A stretch of 64,000 nt of DNA from Felis catus (Eukaryota). Where the stretch lies: positions 107,198,001 to 107,262,000 of the forward strand of contig NC_058370.1 of NCBI RefSeq assembly GCF_018350175.1, in the 5' to 3' direction. Position 1 is the stretch's first letter. Each line of letters starts with the position of its first letter. Position numbers and translations under genes: made by a program. The notes under the pieces were generated by a model. That model saw only the letters and a program-made list of their open reading frames with translations. It was not told the DNA's origin and did not search any database. Positions 49,846 to 62,459 of this stretch are shown here, piece by piece.

Positions 49846-50029
49846 CCGCCGCTCCCGCTCGCGCCGGCGCTGCACGGGAGCCTGCCCGCCGCCGCCCGCT
49901 TTGTGCTTCCCCCAGAAGATGGGAGCGACCTCTTCCCGGTCGGGAGCTATTTAAAAGGAGGGAGCGCGCCGCGTTGCCTGCTAGCGCCGCGGAACGGGGG
50001 AAGGATCGAGCCACACTCTCCCGAACCAG
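49846..50029 (+). other. Putative non-coding first exon (5' end uncertain) ending at donor CAG|GTAGGC
   Basis: Good 5' splice site at 50029/50030 within the CpG island, followed by a TG-repeat, intron-like sequence. Confidence 0.5.
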
Positions 50030-50143
50030 GTAGGCTCTTAGGATGGGCAGCCGAAGGGATGGGGTCAGCTACCGCCAACTCTTTTCCATTTCGTGCTCCT
50101 AAGGCTACACTTCGCTCCGCTTGGGCACAGGACCGGCTGCTAA

Positions 50144-50145
<2 letters not shown>

Positions 50146-50179
<34 letters not shown>

Positions 50180-50188
50180 TGCGTGTGC
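50146..50188. repeat. (TG)n/(CG) alternating purine-pyrimidine tract, 43 bp
   Basis: Direct reading. Confidence 0.95.
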
Positions 50189-51187
50189 CCCTCCACGTTT
50201 TCTGGGGTGTCCGCGCTTCTCCGGGAGCGAAATTGCTCGGGCTGGTGCGTCTGGGCGTGAGTGTGCCTGCCTGCCAGCGCCGGCTGCCTGAGGAAGAAAG
50301 GGCTGCTAGGGAGGGATGCTGCACCCTGCGCGGCGCGGGGCTCGGAGGCTTCAGGGCGCGAAGAGCTAAGTCCGCCCGGAATGCTGCGCTGCTGGGCATC
50401 CAGGCGTCCCCACCCACCCGGCTCTGCTCCGAGGTCATCCCTCCTCCTGGTAATCCCTGGGGTCTTCCCCCAAGGCCACACTCGCGAGTCTCTTTTCCGG
50501 CAAGCTCTAGGTGTTCCTTCGCCACGGACTGCGGAGAGGAGGGAGTTGTGGCCAGGGCAGACGGAACAGGCAAGGGGGGATTGCAGCGGGGAGTGGGCTG
50601 AAGGGTCCAGGTCTCTGGACCCCGTGCAGCGGTGTGCGGTGGGGATTGGGCGCGCACAGGCATCTTTCCCCTTCGAGATTCGAAGGGAACTTTGCAGCTG
50701 CATTATCTGCCTCTGGAGCTTTGCTGGCTCTTGGGGAAATGGTCTGTGTGCTGAGATGTGAGGATATCCTTCTTGGCTCCTCCTTAATGAAGAAGAGGGA
50801 GGTCTTATGGGTGGACGGTCGGCTAAAGAAACCAAATCTGCCCCGGCGATGCTTTTAAAAATACAGTATGTGTGCATCCTTGATTTTAAAAATCCACCGC
50901 CCCCCCCGCCCCCCCAGGATTCTGTTGACTATTTGATGAATGACTGGGGCTGGCAATTTGTATTTCCCTCTCCAGACAAAGTGGCAGTGGTTGGGTTGAA
51001 AGCAGAGTGATCAAATTTAACAAAGAATTTTTTTTTTTTTTTGAAGAGAGCTATAATAGTGCATGGTGTCCGCAGTCACTGGAAAGAAAGTCATGCTTTG
51101 CACTGGGTATGTTTAGCCACCCCCCTCCCCCCCTTAGCCTGGCTCCCTGGCTGGCGCTCTTTATCTCTCCTGCTAGTCAGCCACTAG

Positions 51188-51318
51188 NNNNNNNNNNNNN
51201 NNNNNNNNNNNNNNNNNNNNNNNNNNNNNNNNNNNNNNNNNNNNNNNNNNNNNNNNNNNNNNNNNNNNNNNNNNNNNNNNNNNNNNNNNNNNNNNNNNNN
51301 NNNNNNNNNNNNNNNNNN
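51188..51318. other. Assembly gap (131 N)
   Basis: N run. Confidence 1.
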
Positions 51319-51511
51319 TGGCATCCAGATCATGGAGGAGCTGCGGAGTAGGTGGAGATTCTGATCAGATCTGGTTAAAGGCATCGCTTGAGTATCTCCA
51401 AATATGAGCAATTGAACACCCACAATCCAGCATCTGTGTGAAGATTTCCTAAGGGAAATGGGGAGCAACCAGGAGGGGATTCTGCAAGTATACCTCCCAC
51501 CCACGCCCCAC

Positions 51512-51514
<3 letters not shown>

Positions 51515-51550
<36 letters not shown>

Positions 51551-51556
51551 GCACAC

Positions 51557-51596
<40 letters not shown>

Positions 51597-51598
51597 GC
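51515..51598. repeat. Compound (AC)n/(GC)n tract, 84 bp uninterrupted purine-pyrimidine alternation
   Basis: Direct reading. Confidence 0.95.
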
Positions 51599-53267
51599 CT
51601 GTTTTCTCTTTCTCTCTCAGAGCTACTCCTGCAGCAAGTCCAGAAAGGAAGGAGGAAAATGTGTCTAGATGTTTCATTCATTTCAGATCAGAAAACGAAA
51701 CCAGAATAAGGGTGATTGCCTTTAGGTTCCTCTTTCAAATCCTGTGTTACTTGGATTTCGCTGGTATGGGTTTGCTAAACTTGCTTAATTGGGAGCTGAG
51801 GCTGGTGTGAAAGGAGGAAGGAAGGGAGAGCCAGTTCCATCTTCGGGGCCTTGTGAGTGAGAAGGTGGGGGAAGACCCACTTATTTCATCAAGAAGCAAG
51901 ATGTGTTTTCTTGAGTGGTTTTCATTTTACAAATTCCACCTGCTTGAAGAATTCCATTTGATTCTAAGTGCTATTTTACTAAGATTTCTCCCGCCTACTA
52001 AAAAAAAATGAGTGCTGCTTCCCTGCTCCCCCCCAAAAATAGCTGTTGTCTTGTACGAAATATGGAATGTTAATTACTGGGGGGGGGGATAAAGAACTGG
52101 ACAGAGGTAGACCATCATTGACTGTTGAGCTGTGCAGGGGTTGCAAAGGATGTAAGTATCCACGACAATCAGGCTTCATTTACTCCGTCTTGAAAGCTTA
52201 ACAGGGCTGGAAGAGGAGAGTAATGAATTAAAAGAATATGAAGGCTGTGCTTTATATCTATCTGTCGGTCGGTCTCTACGTCTACCCGTCTACTTACTTG
52301 TCTATACATCTATCTTTCTATCTATCATTACTATTTAATGGTTTCTGCTAGATCATTTTGGATTAAGAGTAGGGGCTAGATAACCATTTTGTTGACCATA
52401 AAGGGGAAGAGAGGTGATATAGCAATAGCAGTGTTTGAACTCCAAATAAAATTACAAAAGGAAGATGAAGTATAGTCAGGACTAGTTGCAGGAATCACAT
52501 TAATTGTTCTTTCAAGCTTATGATGTTTCAGAAAAAAAAAATTCCACGAGAGCTTCAGTATTTTGTTAGCAAGCTATATTTAACATGTTTTTTATCAGAC
52601 AAAAATAGACTTTTATTTATCTTGCAAAGTAAACGCATGGCTTCTTCCCTCTCAGTATTTAATCTGTTTCTTTGAAAAAAATAAATGAGGATAAAAGCTC
52701 TGCAGACCCAATGAAGTTGCATTCCTGCTTTAAAGCAAGTTAAAGCATCCATTTAGGTCATGGATGCGTTTCTCCCAAAGTAAGTGCATTTTAGGACTTT
52801 GCCATATGATTTTCATGTTGCAGTTCAGTGAGAGGAGCCCTTTCTGCATGATGCCTTCAGGTAGAGGGAGCACAGCTTGGAGGTTAAGAAGCAAGCTGTC
52901 TGCCCCACCAGCATGGAAACAAACAAGATCCCAGTTAAATTAGAAATTAAATCTGGAAAAAGAAACACATGAGTAAAAGAGGATGGTACAGTACATATCT
53001 TGCATGCTTTATATTTTTTGCAGTGTGAATGAATGTTGCTTTTAACCAAAAATTGTTAAGTTGTTGCTTTACATTTGCAGAGAATTTAGGAATCAAAACG
53101 TGGCAATCTCTCTTCTTCCTGCTCCTTTCGGCCCCCCCACCCCCCGCCCTTTTTTCTTGTAAGGGATAGATGTCTCTTGCCAGAACATCTTCCAGTATTG
53201 TCCATACCTTATAGTTAGACCCCTCATCATAACCTCTACCAAATAGTCTCCCATCTGATCAAATTCT

Positions 53268-53287
53268 CCTGCTCCCTCTTGTGGCAA
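53268..53287 (-). promoter_or_regulatory. Candidate CTCF site
   Basis: Minus strand TGCCACAAGAGGGAGCAG resembles the CTCF core CCASYAGRKGGCRS. Confidence 0.4.
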
Positions 53288-53730
53288 ATATTCTCCCTGA
53301 CTTTCCCCAGATTTCAGAATCGCAACTACCATCCCTCAAGGCCCCGTTAGCTGCCTATCACTTGGGTTCTAATCTCAGTAATATTTGTGGCTGACCAAGA
53401 CAGTGGGCTGCTGAACTAGGCATTTCCAGTTTTCTCTCTGAACAAAGGGAAATCTACCCCCTGGAGACATACTTGAGATTTAGTGAAAGTACATGTCAGA
53501 TGCTTTCTGACCCATTGGGATGGAGTAGATTCCGGAAATGTGAGCTTTCACAGTCAGCTTTTGAGATTTTGATTTGGACTCAGAGCTAGTCCGGTGGGGC
53601 CTCATTAAATACAGTGAGATTATTTTCCGTTTTCTTTCCTTCTCTTCCAAAAGATACCTCTTTCCCTGTGTGTCTGTGTCTGTGTCTCTCCATCTCTCTC
53701 TTTCCCTGCCTCCCTCCCTTCCCAGGCTCT

Positions 53731-53783
<53 letters not shown>

Positions 53784-53788
53784 ACACA
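53731..53788. repeat. (CA)n microsatellite
   Basis: Direct reading. Confidence 0.95.
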
Positions 53789-55154
53789 CCCCACAAAATA
53801 TATTTTATAGAACACATATTTTGCATGCTTAAACTAATCAATAATTAGGCTCTCAGTAAGGTTTGTACATCAAACAATCCATTTTCTGAACTGGAGACTT
53901 CTAGGGTGAGCTACTCTCACTGGCATGTTTTCATCGAGGGCGGTTCAGAATACGAATGAGGAGACTGGGTGCCTTTTTCCAGTGTGTTGACTCAACTTGG
54001 AAGATGGTTGCTTGCAGCCCTTGCTGCCTCAAGTGTTTTGTGTGGGCTCTCCTGGCTGACAACTCTTATTGAACTCTAAGTGTTTTATTTCCACATCTGT
54101 GATCGTCCTTTGATCCGCCCGGCCAGGAGAGTGTAGTATGTAATGAGATAGACAAAGGTTCAAGAGAATCACATTTTCTCTTTACCTGAAACTTTGTAGC
54201 CATTTCAGGAGGAGGGGGAGGACATATGGAAGGAGAAAAGTCCTGACTGGCAGCTCAAGTGAAGGAAATGTGTTTATGGTCAAGGGCAAGTACATTGTAG
54301 GCAGCTGCCTATAAAGTGATTGGAGGGGGGCAAAACATCTTTGGGTTTGAAGCGTTTATCCATCTGTAAACATAAGATCAGAAATTCTCGCTATGGGACC
54401 TTCATTTGAATTAAGTAATTCTATCTAGTAGATCCCTAATAAAACGCAAGGACATCACCCAGGAAAGAGCTACTGTTAATTCTTATAAACCATTGACGTC
54501 TGTGTATTCGTTAACTTGTATTGGTTTATCAGATCAGCTGACAGAAAAGTCCTGAAGGCCTGGATCACAGGAAGGTGAAGCAGAAGTGAAAGTAGTTTGA
54601 AATTGGGTTGGTGCCCAGTTTGTGCCCTCAGAAGCTCCTTCTGGTGGGGAAGTGTGAGGGACCTGAGTGCCCTCAGAGGAAGTAGAGAGTAGCCAGACAG
54701 AGGCAAAGATATCAAAAATTTGATCCTTTCTTGAAAACTTAGCTTTTTAAATTCTTCTGAGAATGGGCACATTGTATCCCCCCGTGTGAAATGATATCCT
54801 TAAAATCTCAAATGGTTTCTACTTTGTGTCATTTTAAAATACTCATACCAGTAACCTACAAAATGCACATACGATACCAATTCAGACAGATGGTTTCTTG
54901 CATATATAATATAGACAGAAAAATAAATTCAAGTATTAGAATTCATCTTAATTTTTAAAAAGACAGAAAAAATAATCGCTTTGTAGATGTCATTACATGT
55001 GAAGTCAGAATAATGAATAATTTCTTCATTGAATCGAACGTGAGATGAAAAGTCAGACAGACGAGGGTGATTCAGCAATTTACTCCAACCCAACCATGAT
55101 ATTTATTGAGCACTCAGTGTATGCAAGGCATTGCACTGGGCTTTTCGGAGAATG

Positions 55155-55390
55155 CAGCTGATGAAGGGGAGTCATTTGACATTTGCTGAGTGCCCACTGC
55201 ATGCCCAAGGCCAATCTAAGCACCCTGTGTATGTTTTCTCACGTAATGCTCATAAGTGCCCTGCAAGAAAGCGTCGTTCTCCCAATTTAAAGATGAGACC
55301 CTGGCTCAGTTACATAACTTACCCAAGAGCTAGTAGGTGACAGTACCAGTTTTTGACGTTGTTCAAGAGCCCTGCTGTTTGTACCATGTT
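55155..55390 (-). mobile_element. MIR SINE (preceded by an L2-like 3' end at ~55070-55145)
   Basis: catttgctgagtgcccactgcatgcc...taacttacccaagagc. Confidence 0.65.
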
Positions 55391-57111
55391 TTCTATTCTT
55401 AGGGATGTTGTGGTCGAGGGCACCTAAATGCTGGGCCAAGTGAGAACTATTGCTATGATTGTCTAATGAGCAAAATTCTATAGAGTTGGAAGGAAGAAGA
55501 GAATATTGGAAAAGGCTTCATGGAAGAAGAGGCATTTTAGTTCATTTTCAAAGAGTGAAAAGGACTTCTAAAATAAATCAAGCCTAGCTATTTTTGAAAC
55601 CTGTAAACCAGTCCCCGCTAATTTATAGCAAGGACAACCCTGGGGCGATGTTCGGGCCATTTCCAGGCTTTTGAAATCAGCTGTGTGTCTAGTCAGAACC
55701 AGGCATGGAACAGGGGATCTGGAACAAATGATAGCATAGGCCACTGTATCCGTGTATTTTACAAGTAAACCCCAAATTCAGGATGAATTTCCAGCATGAC
55801 CTTTAAGGAAAGAAGCTGTAACAGTTCGAGAGGTCAGACAAGGGACAGACCACCTGCCAATCTGTTCCTCCCTGAAATTTGATGGTCAGGCTTTCTGGGC
55901 CATTACAGGTGGTTTTTCTTTCTTTCTTTGGCACTGAATGGCTCTGGTGCTTTCTCCCTTGAGCTTCTTGAACTTGTCCACCTCCTCACTTCTGCTTCTC
56001 CTTAAAACATAAGGCCCAGGGCCCACTGTGGCTCTCCTCTGCTCGAGGTATAGCATCCAGTCCTAACAGCAAGTTTAGAGAATCAGACTGCTTACCCTAC
56101 CCGCAGACCTCAACTTCCTGCGTAGACTGGGGCAGAGTCCCCAGAGGGAGTGGCATCGGGCAGGGGCAAAAGGATAGAGTTTGGAGAGGTGCTAAGTCAT
56201 ATATCGAATGTCTCTCAGAAGTTCCAAGTCGCTCTTCCAAAATAATCTACCTGCCAAATGCTGGAGGATGTGAGCTCCCTAGAGCTGACATGTGTGAGTT
56301 GGGACTGGGCAGAGTTGCTGGCGCTTTTTCCCCCAGACTCCTCGCTGCCTCTCTTCTCCTGGCCGTGCACCTGTCAGTGGCCCCTTTGAAGAGCTGCTCC
56401 TTATCTGTGCTCTTGCTGCTTTGAACCACAGCTAGCTCTGGAAGAAACAGCAGAGATCAAATAAGCAAATGAAACAAATAAGCAAATGAAGGCCATAGGA
56501 AAGTACATGACTTTTCAGAGTGAAGTAGGAAACAGTTGAATTCAGTAGGGCTCTGAGGTCATTTCAACAAAGTCCCATCTTCCTTTTCTTCTCTGATAAT
56601 ATAGAAGGCCTCCAGAAATGTATCTGTGTTTTCTGGCCTCAGGAGTGTCCGGATGTCTATTAATGATTCCCCAAGGTGGAAAGGGAACTATGACTTTTGC
56701 TTCTAGACTGAGGGTATTGACTAATAAAATGAAGGGCCCTAGAGTACTCCGACTAAAGTTCTCTGAAGTCAAGAGACATATCATGATAGTCATAATATTG
56801 ATGTGTATTCAGCAAAAGGGATAGTTAGCATCATGCCAGTTTGCTTCCCTCTGCCTCATTTTCCTCATCTATTAAATGAGAATGATCATAGTAAAAGGCC
56901 ATGTGGGTTTTTCTGTGAGGAATAATACATTAATACTTGTGAAACATTTGGACTGGTTTCTGGCACGTGGGCGCTCAATGAGAATTTGTTCTTATTCCTT
57001 GAGATGAATGGTGAGGCTCTGTCCCTGCCTGTATGCTTTTATATGAACAGGGTAATTATGGGAGGTCGCCATGGGAAGGAGGAAGATAAGGACACACAGA
57101 ATGACATACAC

Positions 57112-57432
57112 CAGCGGTCACAAAACTGTTTTCCAAGGGGCCACATAGTAAACATTTTTGGCTCTGTGGACCATAGGGTTGTCACAATTAGTCAACACTG
57201 CTGTTGTAGCAGGGAAGCAGCCGTTGACGATACACAAATGAATGGTCATGCTGTGTGCCACAAAACATTAGTTAGTGACACTGAAATTTGAACATCATAT
57301 AATTTTCACATCAACAAACATTTTTTCACTGTTCCAATTATTTACGAAGGTAAAAAAAATTAACAAAATGAGCCTTATAAAATTAGGTGACAGGCTACAT
57401 TCGACCTGATGGCCATAGTTTGGCAACTCCTG
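57112..57432 (+). mobile_element. MER58B-like hAT-Charlie MITE
   Basis: cagcggtcacaaaact...ggccatagtttggcaactcctg termini; 8-bp TSD acatacac/acatacag. Confidence 0.85.
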
Positions 57433-58284
57433 ACATACAGCTAGATTGTGAGAGACCCAAAGGCAATATTAGTGAGTCAGAAGAATCCTAGCAATTGGGG
57501 TTGGGATCACGCAAAGAGAGGTGGCCTAGAGCCTAGCATCCAAGACCTCGTGGTAGAGCCTAACTCTGGCAAGTCTGAGATGTGTGGCTTTGGAAAGGTC
57601 TTTTAAGTTACCATGACCTGAGTTTTCATGTTGGGAAAAGGGAGTAGAGGCAAATTAGTTAGGCTTTCAGGGGACTTCCTAGCAATAAAAGCAGTTTTAT
57701 GAAGGGAGATTGTACATTTAAGATGGATCATGGAGGGCTGGTGGAAAAGCATGAGAAGGGAAAACTGTGCACGTTTGGGTAATTTTTATTTAGTAGCTCA
57801 GTTGATTACCAGGGACAGAAATCCTGGGAAGATAGACATGTGCTGTATTGTGAATGTTGACCATGGACAACAAAGGGAGGGATTAGGATATTGTAACTTC
57901 ATATTGTTAGCAAAATTCCCCAGTTTTACAGATCAGGCCAAGAAGGGGAAAATGACTTGTCCAAGGCCACAGGACTGATCCTTGAGATCAGCAGTCATTG
58001 GCCCCCAGGCTGATGACCCTTCCGTCTACCCCATTGTTCCTAGCAGAGTGATGGAAAGAAATTAATTGTGATTACATGATTGTGACCTCAGAGGGGCAAG
58101 TCTCAAAAAAATTGCAGAAGCCACTTTCAGTATTTTCTAAATGTGAAAGCATCCCCCAGCATATCTAAGAAGGTAGGTCTGTCAGTAACCAATCCCATTC
58201 CAGAGAAGGTGAACTGCAAAAAGTTTAACCCAAGACCTTGTACTCCAACAATCTTTTGCCGAGGTTCCTGCTGACTATCTTAAT

Positions 58285-58570
58285 TTTCAGCTCACATGTT
58301 ATTTCTTCAGCAAAGCCTTCCCTAGCACGTCTGATCCTCTATGACTTACCTTGCAGGACTGCGTGTTGCCTTTACAACATTTATCAGAGTTAACAATTGT
58401 TTCTTTTTGAAATAATTTAAAATAACATCTGTCATCTGTCTTCCCAGCTACATAATATATTCCAGGAGGAGAGAGAGTGTATCTGTTTATCTCATGATTT
58501 TAGCCCCAGTGCCTCTCCCATTCCATACAGGTAATAGACATTCAGAGTTTGTTGAATGAGTGAGTGAATG
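58285..58570 (+). mobile_element. L2 3' fragment
   Basis: cagctcacatgttatttcttcagcaaagccttcccta...gtttgttgaatgagtgagtgaatg. Confidence 0.72.
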
Positions 58571-60289
58571 TTCTCTCGTAAGTCGTTGATACTGATGAAA
58601 ATAATCCTTGCTTAAAAGACGTAAGTTACTATCTTCACTTGCTAATTAAATGATTAAATGATTGGCATTTCTTCCTCCACTGACTTTTTTTCTCAACTCT
58701 TTTCCACTGGCTCCTCTCCAATCCTGGCCTATCACAAAAAGACCATAACATAATCGTCTTGGCATGGTTACATAACATTAAAACCATAACACTTCAGCCA
58801 ATATTTAAACACTTCTTCAAATATAGGTATATGGGATTGGTTTAAAGGGCATATTCACTAGATGCTTTATCTAGTGGAGAAATTGTATGTTTCATAAACT
58901 GTGCTCAGGGATTTGTGTAAAAATTTCATGTTTTCCCATAAACTACTCAATTTATTCCTCTAAATATTAGAATTTGGCTAGTTCCTTTCTACCCTGCTTC
59001 CATTTAAAAAATCTATTTGTTGTATATACATGTGCATCTATTTTAGAGCCAGGACATTAGGTATACTGTCAGAAACTTTAGAAAACGGTAGCATAGAATA
59101 TTGACGAAGGGTCACCATTACACGAGCATCTATCAACTTGAGTTTTTTAAAAGAATATTTCTTTTCCCTTCCTACTACTGCGTTTCTCAAGAACATCTTA
59201 TTCTTTCAAGGACTGTGATTTGACACTATGCAGAAAAATTTAAAAGACTTACAAACTTCAAGTTGATAGGGTTCCATCTTCTGAAAAGCAATCTACTTGA
59301 AGATGAAGCTTAATGACTCAGGGAAAAAGCTGATGAAATTCACCAGCCTCTGCTCACATAACCAGCATTTTCCTTGTTAAAAAATATTTTTTTTAAAAAA
59401 AAAGGCATTCCGGGTGTTCCTATCACATAGCTTGAAATTGGATTCTGTATTAAATATCCCCAGTCCCAAGAGCCAACTAGAATGCACAAAGCGACTACAA
59501 AGATTTAGCCTTGAGTTGAAGTGAACAGAGGGGGTGGTAAAAAGCCCCACAAAGACCCTATAATTTAAAGAGCACAGCCTTCCTCAGCACCTAAAGCTTC
59601 AGGTTTGGGATTTATGTTTCTGCATATTGTCTCCTCTATTCAGGAATTGTTCATGGAACCTGGATAGAAAGTCTCCAAACTCTTCCATTTATCCTGGGTC
59701 TTTGTCATGTGTTGATGTAATGTCCCAGCAGTCCTTAGCTGTTTCTATTTCAACAGGGCAGAACTAACCCTTGGCAAAATTATGAAGTAGGCATAAATGA
59801 CTCCCAATGCTTTAATCTCTTTTGGGAGCCCCCGTGATCTCCTGTTAGCGTCCATTCTCCTCCACTGTCTTCTCTCCTACCTCCCGACCCCCCACCCTCC
59901 AACTCACCAAGGGGCTTCATATTTCGATGCCACCTGGAGTGCCAATCTATGGGAAGAAAAGCCCTTCTGATGTATTATTTCACATCAACACCTTGCTGCT
60001 ATTGCAAGAAACACTAATTGTAGTTTTTCAGTACTAGTCTCTGTCCAGTACTTTGTCTAAGTGCTCTGCTCTGCAGTCTGTGTTTGCTGAAGATACCCCA
60101 TGCCAGTTCTACTCTCTACTCAGTTCTTCCCTTTAATCCAATGCCGCTGAGGGGTGTTGCCAAGACTGCCCATATCAAATCAGCTGGGGTGCTTATTAAA
60201 GTTCGAATTTGGGTTTCCTCTTCAGAGGTACTGTACATCGGATGCTTTTGTCATCTTTCCAATTCTGTCCTTTAAAAAATTTTTTTTGG

Positions 60290-60513
60290 GGGGCGCCTGG
60301 GTGGCTCAGTCAGTTAAATGTACAACTTCGGCTCAGGTAATGATCTCACGGTCCGTGAGTTCAAGCCCGCGTTGGGCTCTGTGCTGACGGCTCAGAGCCT
60401 GGAGCCTGTTTCAGATTCTGTGTCTCCCTCTCTCTCTCTGACCCTCCCCTGTTCATGCTCTGTCTCTCTCTGTCTCAAAAAATAAACAAACGTTAAAAAA
60501 AAAATTAAAAAAA
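60290..60513 (+). mobile_element. Can-SINE (SINEC_Fc) inserted into the tail of the adjacent minus SINE
   Basis: Full length; TSD aaaaaatttttt on both sides. Confidence 0.95.
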
Positions 60514-60515
60514 AA

Positions 60516-60731
60516 TTTTTTACATTTATTTGTTTTTGAGAGACAGAGAGAGACAGAGCAAGAGCAAGGGAGGGGCAGAGAGAGAGAGGGAGGCACAGAA
60601 TCTGAAGCAGGCTCCAGGCTCTGAGCTGTCAGCACAGAGCCCGATGAGGGGCTTGAACCCATGACCTGTGAGATCATGACCTGCCTGAGCTGAAGCCGGA
60701 TGCTTAACCGACTGAGCCTTCCAGGTGCCCC
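60516..60731 (-). mobile_element. Can-SINE
   Basis: Full length; degenerate TSD caattctgtccttt / cgatcctctccttt encloses both SINEs. Confidence 0.94.
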
Positions 60732-61541
60732 TCGATCCTCTCCTTTTATGGAGTCTTCCATATCCTTCCTAGTATTTGTGGTAATTCGAGTAACTAACTA
60801 TTTGAGTTGCTTGAAGACGGTGAGTTCATCAGGTGCAGGTGCAATCATCTTTGTAATCCCTGTAGTGTTTGGTTTCGTGCTTTGCACATAGACACCACTC
60901 AATAAGTGCTTGATGAGTAAATGACTGGTCCACTGTCTAGAGCCAGAAGTATACCGAGGGCTGTACTTCACTCAGAAAACCCAAATTTCTTAAGATGAAA
61001 TGTCAACAAGCTCGTGTGGAAAATATTTTTAGGTAGGAAATCTTTTTTGGTGACCTAGATATAAACGCATGCATATGACCTCATTTTTGGTTCCCAGTAT
61101 GTAAGGTCAGACCTCAAAGAAGGGCTTCTCTTTCTCTTCAGGGTGGATGGCGAACCAATTATTACCTGAAATAGTTATTATTGTTCATAACGAGGCCCCT
61201 GAAAGAGTCACAGAGCACAGATGAGGTGTTCCGAGGCCCTGCCTCGAGGAGTTCACTATGCTTAAAAACCCTGGGTTGTAGAGATGTAGGCTGGGAAGTC
61301 TGAGGTTTCTAGAACCCTGGTTGTATTAACCCAAGTGCATTAACTTGGTAATGAGGTGATCCACTTTGAGTGTGTCGAGGTGTATCCATGATCTCACGGT
61401 CTGAATGCCTGGAAAGTCTCTCCTTTTCTGTGATTCTCTAGTAACAAAAGAGTTCTGTTCCAGAAGGGGGACCTACACTTTGGCTTTTATAATATCCCAC
61501 CAGAATATGAGTTTCTTGGGGGATATTATCTTATTCATCTT

Positions 61542-61790
61542 ATTTTGTTTTATTTTATTTTATTTTATTTTATTTTATTTTATTTTATTTTATTTTATTT
61601 TATAGAGAGAGTGCATGAGCTGGGGAGGAGTAGAGAGAGAGAGAGAGAGATAAGAGAGAGAGAGAATCCTAAGCAGGCTCCACACTCAACATGGTGCCCC
61701 ATGCAGGGCTTGATCCTATGACCCTGGGATCATGACCTGAGCTGAAATCAAGAGTCTGATGCTCAACTGACTGAGCTACCCAGGCACCCC
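61542..61790 (-). mobile_element. Can-SINE with (TTTTA)n tail
   Basis: TSD tct(t/a)attcatc(t/c)t. Confidence 0.93.
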
Positions 61791-62459
61791 TCTAATTCAT
61801 CCTTTTTAATACAGTATCTGGCGTATGTGAGTGGCTAAGAGAAGCCTGGCAGACAAAACCATGAATGAATGTGTTTTCCTGTTTTGTTGGATTACTTACT
61901 TGTTTAAAAATTAAAAAAAAAAAAAGTCATGACCCCAAGATAGCAAATTTGTGAGCTGCATTGAAATTCTTGAAAAAATATTGACTTATTGTTCCTAGAG
62001 CAAAGTATTAACATGTCATGCTAAAATTTGGTATCGTTTTCCCTACCCCACCCATCTTTTATTTTAGTTTTGCATGCTCCCTGCTAGGATTTCTTTCTCT
62101 ATTTTCTTTTCTCCGGACCAAAGGGAAAATCCTTGAGATTATTGCATGATTTTGGAGTGATTTCAGACCTCAGATTTTAGCTGATGATCCCCCAAATGGA
62201 TCATCTTTCCCTCACTATGTGATGAATAGGAGTGCTTATAAAATGCTTACTCAGGGGGTGAGGAGGCATGAGACAGGAGAGAGGGCCATGAAAGCTCTTG
62301 ATAAGATAGTATAAACGATAGACATTTATTTAGGGGGAAAGGAGGGTGGCATGGAAAGGTATTTTGCACGAAACACCTAAGCAGGGGGCTCTTTTTTACC
62401 AAATAACAGAATCGTTCACACAGGAAGTGGAAACAAAAAGATGCTGCCATTTTGGAAAG

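Larger units (their letters stand above)
49420..50680. promoter_or_regulatory. CpG island, probable promoter of an unidentified + strand gene
   Basis: Abrupt rise in GC and CpG versus CpG-depleted flanks; GC boxes (ggggcgg, ccgccc); TATA-like TATTTAAAA at 49948-49956. Confidence 0.88.

Noticed and set aside
49846-50029. Assigning a gene symbol to the CpG-island gene
   Set aside because: No coding exon is in the window and I do not recognise the 5' sequence; a BLAST search is needed.
49327-50877. Long overlapping ORFs (164-245 aa) on both strands
   Set aside because: Expected from stop-poor GC-rich DNA, TG/CA repeats and an N-gap; low-complexity R/A/G/P translations with no recognisable domain.
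52726-52767. Palindrome tgctttaaagca and 8-bp stem gcatccat/atggatgc
   Set aside because: Stems this short are expected by chance in 64 kb; far too small for a pre-miRNA.
47601-56490. Short two-copy tandem duplications (47601-47640, 56458-56490; also 26858-26890)
   Set aside because: Ordinary slippage duplications; no repeat-spacer periodicity, so not CRISPR-like.
1767-60891. Recurrent ORFs such as MAQSV...SAQVMIS...SLEPASDSVSPSLS
   Set aside because: Translations of Can-SINE bodies, not a gene family.
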